Positions 38,901 to 47,900 of a stretch of 64,000 bases of DNA are shown in pieces. How positions within the stretch are numbered: position 1 is the first letter of the stretch; every line of letters starts with the position of its first letter. The position numbers were made by a program, and so were the translations under genes. Origin of the DNA: Lingula anatina (lineage: Eukaryota > Animalia > Brachiopoda); assembly GCA_051362555.1 (NCBI GenBank), contig JBPQGU010000016.1, positions 496,001 to 560,000 of the forward strand, given 5' to 3'. The notes beneath the pieces were generated by a model that did not search any database, was not told the DNA's origin, and worked only from the letters and a program-made list of their open reading frames with translations.

Positions 38901-41900
38901 TTTCACAATAAAAACCTTGTGAACTAGAGGATCAGAGAGGCGATACCGCCTCCGAATATTGTACCACCAGCTGGAGCAAGCGCATTCGTATAGACCCCCA
39001 CATACACAAAATAAGGGACACAGCCACCAGTTTTGTGCTTGACAAGCTGTAAAAATGCAATCAACAAGAATTTTTAAACTATTGCAAAAAACATATATGG
39101 TACAATCAAATTTAAGTTCTTCGTAAGGTAGGTCAAGGGTCAATTTCAAGGTCACAGTAAATTGCCAGTATATGACTTCATATTCAAGTTCAAGAATATC
39201 TATGAACCTATCTCTGTCAGGTTTGAAGTTAAAAGAGAAAAAAAGTTCAGTTCATGATAAAAAGTAGGTCAAAGGTCAATTTCAAGGTCACACTTATATT
39301 GCCAGTATAGGACTTCCTATTCAAGTTTAATAATAACTATGGACCTATCTCTGTCAGTTTTGGAGATAAAACGGAAGCAAAATTTGCAAAATTCAGTTCA
39401 TGGTGAAAAGTAGGTCAAAGGTCAATTTCAAGGTCACATTTAGATTGCCAGTATATGACTTTCTATTCAAGTTCAATAGTAACGATGGACCTATCTCTGC
39501 CAGTTTTGGAGATAAAAGGAAAGCAAAATTTGCAAAGTTCAGTTCATGGTGAAAAGTAGGTCAAAGGTCAATATTAAGGTCACATTTATATTGCCAGTAT
39601 ATGACTTCCTATTCAAGTTCAATAGTAACTATGGACCTATCTCTGCTATTTTGGAGATATAAGGGACTAAATGTTATTATTTTGGAGTTACCATAATGTG
39701 CCTTAAATTTCGTACAGAAAAAATTAATTAAAATAAAGAAAATGTCATTTTGGTCAAAATTCTTGAAATAGGAGGTGCTCTGAAGTTTCAGAAGTTCAAG
39801 TTTGATGAAATAATGTCATTTTTGAACACAAGTTGTCTGCTTTCCCAAGCCTTATGTTTTATTTTTCCAGAGTTCAAAATTTATTATCCATTACCGTACT
39901 GCACATTTTGCTTTTACCACCAATATGTACTTTTTGATACAGCGTAACTCGAAAACCGTATGGAATACAAAAAAACCGAGACCACCTCCAGTATTGGGCT
40001 TTACATGCAAAGTTCAGTTCATGGTGAAAAGTAGGTCAAAGGTCAATTTTAAGGTCACATTTATATTGCCAGTATATGACTTCCTATTCAAGTTCAATAG
40101 TAACTATGGACCTATCTCTGCCAGTTTTGGAGATAAAAGGGAAGCAAAATTTGCAAAGTTAAGTTCATGGTGAAAAGTAGGTCAAAGGTCAATTTTAAGG
40201 TCACATTTAGATTGCCAGTATATGACTTCCTATTCAAGTTCAATAGTAACTATGGACCTATCTCTGCCAGTTTTGGAGATAAAAGGGAAGCAAAATTTGC
40301 AAAGTTCAGTTCATCGTGAAAAGTAGGTCAAAGGTCAATTTTAAGGTCACATTTAGATTGCCAGTATATGACTTCCTATTCAATTTCAATAGTAACTATG
40401 GACCTATCTCTGCCAGTTTTGGAGATAAAAGGGAAGCAAAATTTGCAAAGTTCAGTTCATGGTGAAAAGTAGGTCAAAGGTCAATTTTAAGGTCACATTT
40501 AGATTGCCAGTATATGACTTCCTATTCAAGTTCAATAGTAACTATGAACCTATCTCTGCCAGTTTTGGAGATATAAGGGACTAAATGTTATAATTTTGGA
40601 ATTACCATAATGTGCCTTAAATTTCGTACAGAAAAAATTAATTAAAATAAAGAAAATGTCATTTTGGTCAAAATTCTTGAAATAGGAGGTGCTCTGAAGT
40701 TTCAGAAGTTCAAGTTTGATGAAATAATGTCATTTTTGAACACAAGTTGTCTGCTTTGCCAAGCCTTATGTTTTATTTTTCCAGAGTTCAAAATTTATTA
40801 TCCATTACCGTACTGCACATTTTGCTTTTACCACCAATATGTACTTTTTGATACAGCGTAACTCGAAAACCGTATGGAATACAAAAAAACCGAGACCACC
40901 TCCAGTACTGGGCTTTACATGCAAAGTTCAGTTCATGGTGAAAAGTAGGTCAAAGGTCAATTTTAAGGTCACATTTAGATTGCCAGTATATGACTTCCTA
41001 TTCAAGTTCAATAGTAACTATGGACCTATCTCTGCCAGTTTTGGAGATAAAAGGGAAGCAAAATTTGCAAAGTTCAGTTCATGGTGAAAAGTAGGTCAAA
41101 GGTCAATTTTAAGGTCACATTTAGATTGCCAGTATATGACTTCCTATTCAAGTTCAATAGTAACTATGGACCTATCTCTGCCAGTTTTGGAGATATAAGG
41201 GACTAAATGTTATAATTTTGGAGTTACCATAATGTGCCTTAAATTTCGTACAGAAAAAATTAATTAAAATAAAGAAAATGTCATTTTGGTCAAAATTCTT
41301 GAAATAGGAGGTGCTCTGAAGTTTCAGAAGTTCAAGTTTGATGAAATAATGTCATTTTTGAACACAAGTTGTCTGCTTTGCCAAGCCTTATGTTTTATTT
41401 TTCCAGAGTTCAAAATTTATTATCCATTACCGTACTGCACATTTTGCTTTTACCACCAATATGTACTTTTTGATACAGCGTAACTCGAAAACCGTATGGA
41501 ATACAAAAAAACCCGAGACCACCTCCAGTATTGGGCTTTACATGCAAAGTTCAGTTCATGGTGAAAAGTAGGTCAAAGGTCAATTTTAAGGTCACATTTA
41601 ATTGCCAGTATATGACTTCCTATTCAAGTTCAGTAGTAACTATGGACCTATCTCTGCCAGTTTTGGAGATAAAAGGGAAGCAAAATTTGCAAAGTTCAGT
41701 TCATGGTGAAAAGTAGGTCAAAGGTCAATTTTAAGGTCACATTTAGATTGCCAGTATATGACTTCCTATTCAAGTTCAATAGTAACTACAGACCTATCTC
41801 AGCCAGTTTTGGAGATAAAAGGAAAGCAAAATTTGCAAAGTTCAGTTCATGGTGAAAAGTAGGTCAAAGGTCAATTTTAAGGTCACATTTAGATTGCCAG

Positions 41901-44900
41901 TATATGACTTCCTATTCAAGTTCAATAGTAACTATGGACCTATCAGTTCATGGTGAAAAGTAGGTCAAAGGTCAATTTTAAGGTCACATTTAGATTGCCA
42001 GTCAGTATATGACTTCCTATTCAAGTTCAATAGTAACTATGGACCTATCTCTGCCAGTTTTGGAGATAAAAGGGAAGCAAAATTTGCAAAGTTCAGTTCA
42101 TGGTGAAAAGTAAGTCAAAGGTCAATTTTAAGGTCACATTTAGATTGCCAGTATATGACTTCCTATTCAAGTTCAATAGTAACTATGGACCTATCTCTGC
42201 CAGTTTTGGAGATATAAGGGACTAAATGTTATAATTTTGGAGTTACCATAATGTGCCTTAAATTTCGTACAGAAAAAATTAATTAAAATAAAGAAAATGT
42301 CATTTTGGTCAAAATTCTTGAAATAGGAGGTGCTCTGAAGTTTCAGAAGTTCAAGTTTGATGAAATAATGTCATTTTTGAACACATTGTCTGCTTTGCCA
42401 AGCCTTATGTTTTATTTTTCCAGAGTTCAAAATTTATTATCCATTACCGTACTGCACATTTTGCTTTTACCACCAATATGTACTTTTTGATACAGCGTAA
42501 CTCGAAAACCGTATGGAATACAAAAAAACCCGAGACCACCTCCAGTATTGGGCTTTACATGCAAAGTTCAGTTCATGGTGAAAAGTAGGTCAAAGGTCAA
42601 TTTTAAGGTCACATTTAATTGCCAGTATATGACTTCCTATTCAAGTTCAGTAGTAACTATGGACCTATCTCTGCCAGTTTTGGAGATAAAAGGGAAGCAA
42701 AATTTGCAAAGTTCAGTTCATGGTGAAAAGTAGGTCAAAGGTCAATTTTAAGGTCACATTTAGATTGCCAGTATATGACTTCCTATTCAAGTTCAATAGT
42801 AACTATGGACCTATCTCTGCCAGTTTTGGAGATATAAGGGACTAAATGTTATAATTTTGGAGTTACCATAATGTGCCTTAAATTTCGTACAGAAAAAATT
42901 AATTAAAATAAAGAAAATGTCATTTTGGTCAAAATTCTTGAAATAGGAGGTGCTCTGAAGTTTCAGAAGTTCAAGTTTGATGAAATAATGTCATTTTTGA
43001 ACACAAGTTGTCTGCTTTGCCAAGCCTTATGTTTTATTTTTCCAGAGTTCAAAATTTATTATCCATTACCGTACTGCACATTTTGCTTTTACCACCAATA
43101 TGTACTTTTTGATACAGCGTAACTCGAAAACCGTATGGAATACAAAAAAACCCGAGACCACCTCCAGTATTGGGCTTTACATGCAAAGTTCAGTTCATGG
43201 TGAAAAGTAGGTCAAAGGTCAATTTTAAGGTCACATTTAATTGCCAGTATATGACTTCCTATTCAAGTTCAGTAGTAACTATGGACCTATCTCTGCCAGT
43301 TTTGGAGATAAAAGGGAAGCAAAATTTGCAAAGTTCAGTTCATGGTGAAAAGTAGGTCAAAGGTCAATTTTAAGGTCACATTTAGATTGCCAGTATATGA
43401 CTTCCTATTCAAGTTCAATAGTAACTATGGACCTATCTCTGCCAGTTTTGGAGATAAAACGGAAGCAAATTTTGCAAAGTTCAGTTTATGGTGAAAAGTA
43501 GGTCAAAGGTCAATTTTAAGGTCACATTTAGATTGCCAGTATATGACTTCCTATTCAAGTTCAATAGTAACTACAGACCTATCTCAGCCAGTTTTGGAGA
43601 TAAAAGGAAAGCAAAATTTGCAAAGTTCAGTTCATGGTGAAAAGTAGGTCAAAGGTCAATTTTAAGGTCACATTTAGATTGCCAGTATATGACTTCCTAT
43701 TCAAGTTCAATAGTAACTATGGACCTATCAGTTCATGGTGAAAAGTAGGTCAAAGGTCAATTTTAAGGTCACATTTAGATTGCCAGTATATGACTTCCTA
43801 TTCAAGTTCAATAGTAACTATGGACCTATCTCTGCCAGTTTTGGAGATAAAAGGGAAGCAAAATTTGCAAAGTTCAGTTCATGGTGAAAAGTAAGTCAAA
43901 GGTCAATTTTAAGGTCACATTTAGATTGCCAGTATATGTCTTCCTATTCAAGTTCAATAGTAACTATGGACCTATCTCTGCCAGTTTTGGAGATAAAAGG
44001 GAAGCAAAATTTGCAAAGTTCAGTTTATGGTGAAAAGGTTGTCAAAGGTCAATTTTAAGGTCACATTTATATTGCCAGTATATGACTTCCTATTCAAGTT
44101 CAATAGTAACTATGGACCTATCTCTGCCAGTTTTGGAGATAAAAGGGAAGCAAAATTTGCAAAGTTCAGTTCATGGTGAAAAGTAGGTCAAAGGTCAATT
44201 TTAAGGTCACATTTAGATTGCCAGTATATGACTTCCTATTCAATTTCAATAGTAACTATGGACCTATCTCTGCCAGTTTTGGAGATAAAAGGGAAGCAAA
44301 ATTTGCAAAGTTCAGTTCATGGTGAAAAGTAGGTCAAAGGTCAATTTTAAGGTCACATTTATATTGCCAGTATATGACTTCCTATTCAAGTTCAATAGTA
44401 ACTATGAACCTATCTCTGCCAGTTTTGGAGATATAAGGGACTAAATGTTATAATTTTGGAGTTACCATAATGTGCCTTAAATTTTGTACAGAAAAAATTA
44501 ATTAAAATAAAGAAAATGTCATTTTGGTCAAAATTCTTGAAATAGGAGGTGCTCTGAAGTTTCAGAAGTTCAAGTTTGATGAAATAATGTCATTTTTGAA
44601 CATAAGTTGTCTGCTTTGCCAAGCCTTATGTTTTATTTTTCCAGAGTTCAAAATTTATTATCCATTACCGTACTGCACATTTTGCTTTTACCACCAATAT
44701 GTACTTTTTGATACAGCGTAACTCGAAAACCGTATGGAATACAAAAAAACCCGAGACCACCTCCAGTATTAGGCTTTACATGCAAAGTTCAGTTCATGGT
44801 GAAAAGTAGGTCAAAGGTCAATTTTAAGGTCACATTTAGATTGCCAGTATATGACTTCCTATTCAAGTTCAATAGTAACTATGGACCTATCTCTGCCAGT

Positions 44901-47900
44901 TTTGGAGATAAAAGGGAAGCAAAATTTGCAAAGTTCAGTTCAAGGTGAAAAGTAGGTCAAAGGTCAATTTTAAGGTCACATTTAGATTGCCAGTATATGA
45001 CTTCCTATTCAAGTTCAATAGTAACTATGGACCTATCTCTGCCAGTTTTGGAGATATAAGGGACTAAATGTTATAATTTTGGAGTTACCATAATGTGCCT
45101 TAAATTTCGTACAGAAAAAATTAATTAAAATAAAGAAAATGTCATTTTGGTCAAAATTCTTGAAATAGGAGGTGCTCTGAAGTTTCAGAAGTTCAAGTTT
45201 GATGAAATAATGTCATTTTTGAACACATTGTCTGCTTTGCCAAGCCTTATGTTTTATTTTTCCAGAGTTCAAAATTTATTATCCATTACCGTACTGCACA
45301 TTTTGCTTTTACCACCAATATGTACTTTTTGATACAGCGTAACTCGAAAACCGTATGGAATACAAAAAAACCCGAGACCACCTCCAGTATTGGGCTTTAC
45401 ATGCAAAGTTCAGTTCATGGTGAAAAGTAGGTCAAAGGTCAATTTTAAGGTCACATTTAATTGCCAGTATATGACTTCCTATTCAAGTTCAGTAGTAACT
45501 ATGGACCTATCTCTGCCAGTTTTGGAGATAAAAGGGAAGCAAAATTTGCAAAGTTCAGTTCATGGTGAAAAGTAGGTCAAAGGTCAATTTTAAGGTCACA
45601 TTTAGATTGCCAGTATATGACTTCCTATTCAAGTTCAATAGTAACTATGGACCTATCTCTGCCAGTTTTGGAGATAAAACGGAAGCAAATTTTGCAAAGT
45701 TCAGTTAATGGTGAAAAGTAGGTCAAAGGTCAATTTTAAGGTCACATTTAGATTGCCAGTATATGACTTCCTATTCAAGTTCAATAGTAACTACGGACCT
45801 ATCTCAGCCAGTTTTGGAGATAAAAGGAAAGCAAAATTTGCAAAGTTCAGTTTATGGTGAAAAGTAGGTCAAAGGTCAATTTTAAGGTCACATATAGATT
45901 GCCAGTATATGACTTCCTATTCAAGTTCAATCGTAACTATGGGCCTATCTCTGCCAGTTTTGGAGATAAAAGGGAAGAAAAATTTGCAAAGTTCAGTTCA
46001 TGGTGAAAAGTAGGTCAAAGGTCAATTTTAAGGTCACATATAGATTGCCAGTATATGACTTCCTATCCAACTTCAATAGTAACTATAGACCTATCTCTGC
46101 CAGTTTTGGAGATATAAGGGACTAAATGCTATAATTTTGGAGTTACCATAATGTGCCTTAAATTTCGTACAGAAAAAATTAATTAAAATAAAGAAAATGT
46201 CATTTTGGTCAAAATTCTTGAAATAGGAGGTGCTCTGAAGTTTCAGAAGTTCAAATTTGATGAAATTATGTCATTTTTGAACACAAGTTGTCTGCTTTGC
46301 CAAGCCTTATGTTTTATTTTTCCAGAGTTCAAAATTTATTATCCATTACCGTACTGCACATTTTGCTTTTACCACCAATATGTACTTTTTGATACAGCGT
46401 AACTCGAAAACCGTATGGAATACAAAAAAACCGAGACCACCTCCAGTGTTGGGCTTTACATGCTCTACAAAATGCAAAAAAGAATGGGTCTCTAGCATTA
46501 ACGGTTCCCGAATTAGAGACAGTTTTCAGTTTCGGTATCTTATGGCCGCTACTCCCGTGAAAATGCACCGATTGACCCCAAATTCATGGAGATGAAAGAT
46601 GACCTGAAGGGTAACACTTTCCAATAATATTATTGGTTAAGTCTGTGTGGTGTCTGAATAACAGGGCAAAAAAATTTTTTTTCGTAAAAAATTTCATTTT
46701 TTTGAAAATTTTGGCCCATTTGACCTTGAAGTAAAGGTCAAAGGTCAAATCCAAGGGTATATTTGAAATCTACACATATGACTTTTGGAAAGCCGTCTAT
46801 AGAAATTTTTCCCATAACTCCTTCCATAGGGTAGATAATTAGCATTTAATTTTGCCATTTTTAGACAAGGGTGCATTGCAATGAGTGCCACACCCAGACC
46901 CCAATACCGACAAAGCCCAAATTTTACGTGGAACGAGTTGAGATTATAGGTGACCTAAATCCATGAGATGGGTATGGGGGGCCTTACCGTCTAGGAGGAG
47001 AAGCGGTAACGGTAGCCGTCCGGCGGAGCCGGCGGAGCCGGCGGAACCGGCGGGGCCGGCGGAGCCGGCGGAGCCGGCGGAACGATCCGGACGAGACCGA
47101 AACCATGTGTACCGCCAGCGCTAACGCTGGTGGTACAATAACTCATAGAAATATAATATATTCTGTTTTACCACAAAAACAGCAGTTATAGCTATTATTC
47201 TGATATCTGAGCTTGTCTTCAGACCACGTGACCTCCATTGATAGCTATACTCTGTTAAATTCTCTTAAGAGATTTTAACAAAAAACCAAACTTTTTAGAA
47301 AAAAACCAGGGACTAACTTTGAATGTAAAAATGGATTCATTAACCATTGGTAAGTATGGGAAAATTGTTGTTTACTCCAGGAAAATTCATTTTTTGGCCG
47401 AAACGAAGAGTTATTATTGCTTTAAATGCTCAGAATCCATTGGCAAAAGTTAATGATGATGTGGAAGTGGTCATGTAACCATGGAAACAAACAAAGTCCA
47501 AGATGGCCACTGTGATGTCCACTCTTTTTCTAAATATCCAAATAAATGATAAAAATATATCAACAACTGAGTATGATATGTATTTCTGTTTTTATTGGGA
47601 TTAAAAGCACTTGATGGTTAAACATCTATGTAGATTCATTTATCTAATATAATAGCAAATGCAGTGTATGATGTGGGATGAGCTCATGTAATACCTTTAT
47701 CATTCTTAGTATTGGGCACCGTAACCTTCAGAGAGGAAGACGAGGCACTCTTGGCAGCAGGGACACTGGATGCCATATTGGAAGATGTCTTCTGGAATCT
47801 TGGTGGTACCTCAAATGAAGAGGAGGAGTTTCTTGCTGGTGCCATCTGAAATAATGAAATATATCTAGTTTGTTAATTGCAATTTAACAACTAAGAATGA

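Noticed and set aside
39750-46595. Repeated small ORFs (MVKILEIGG..., MGFTCKVQ..., MHFHGSSG...) as a tandem gene family
   Set aside because: They lie within HINE repeats, often use non-ATG starts, and are frameshifted or stopped in sister copies; no Rep/helicase or transposase motifs.
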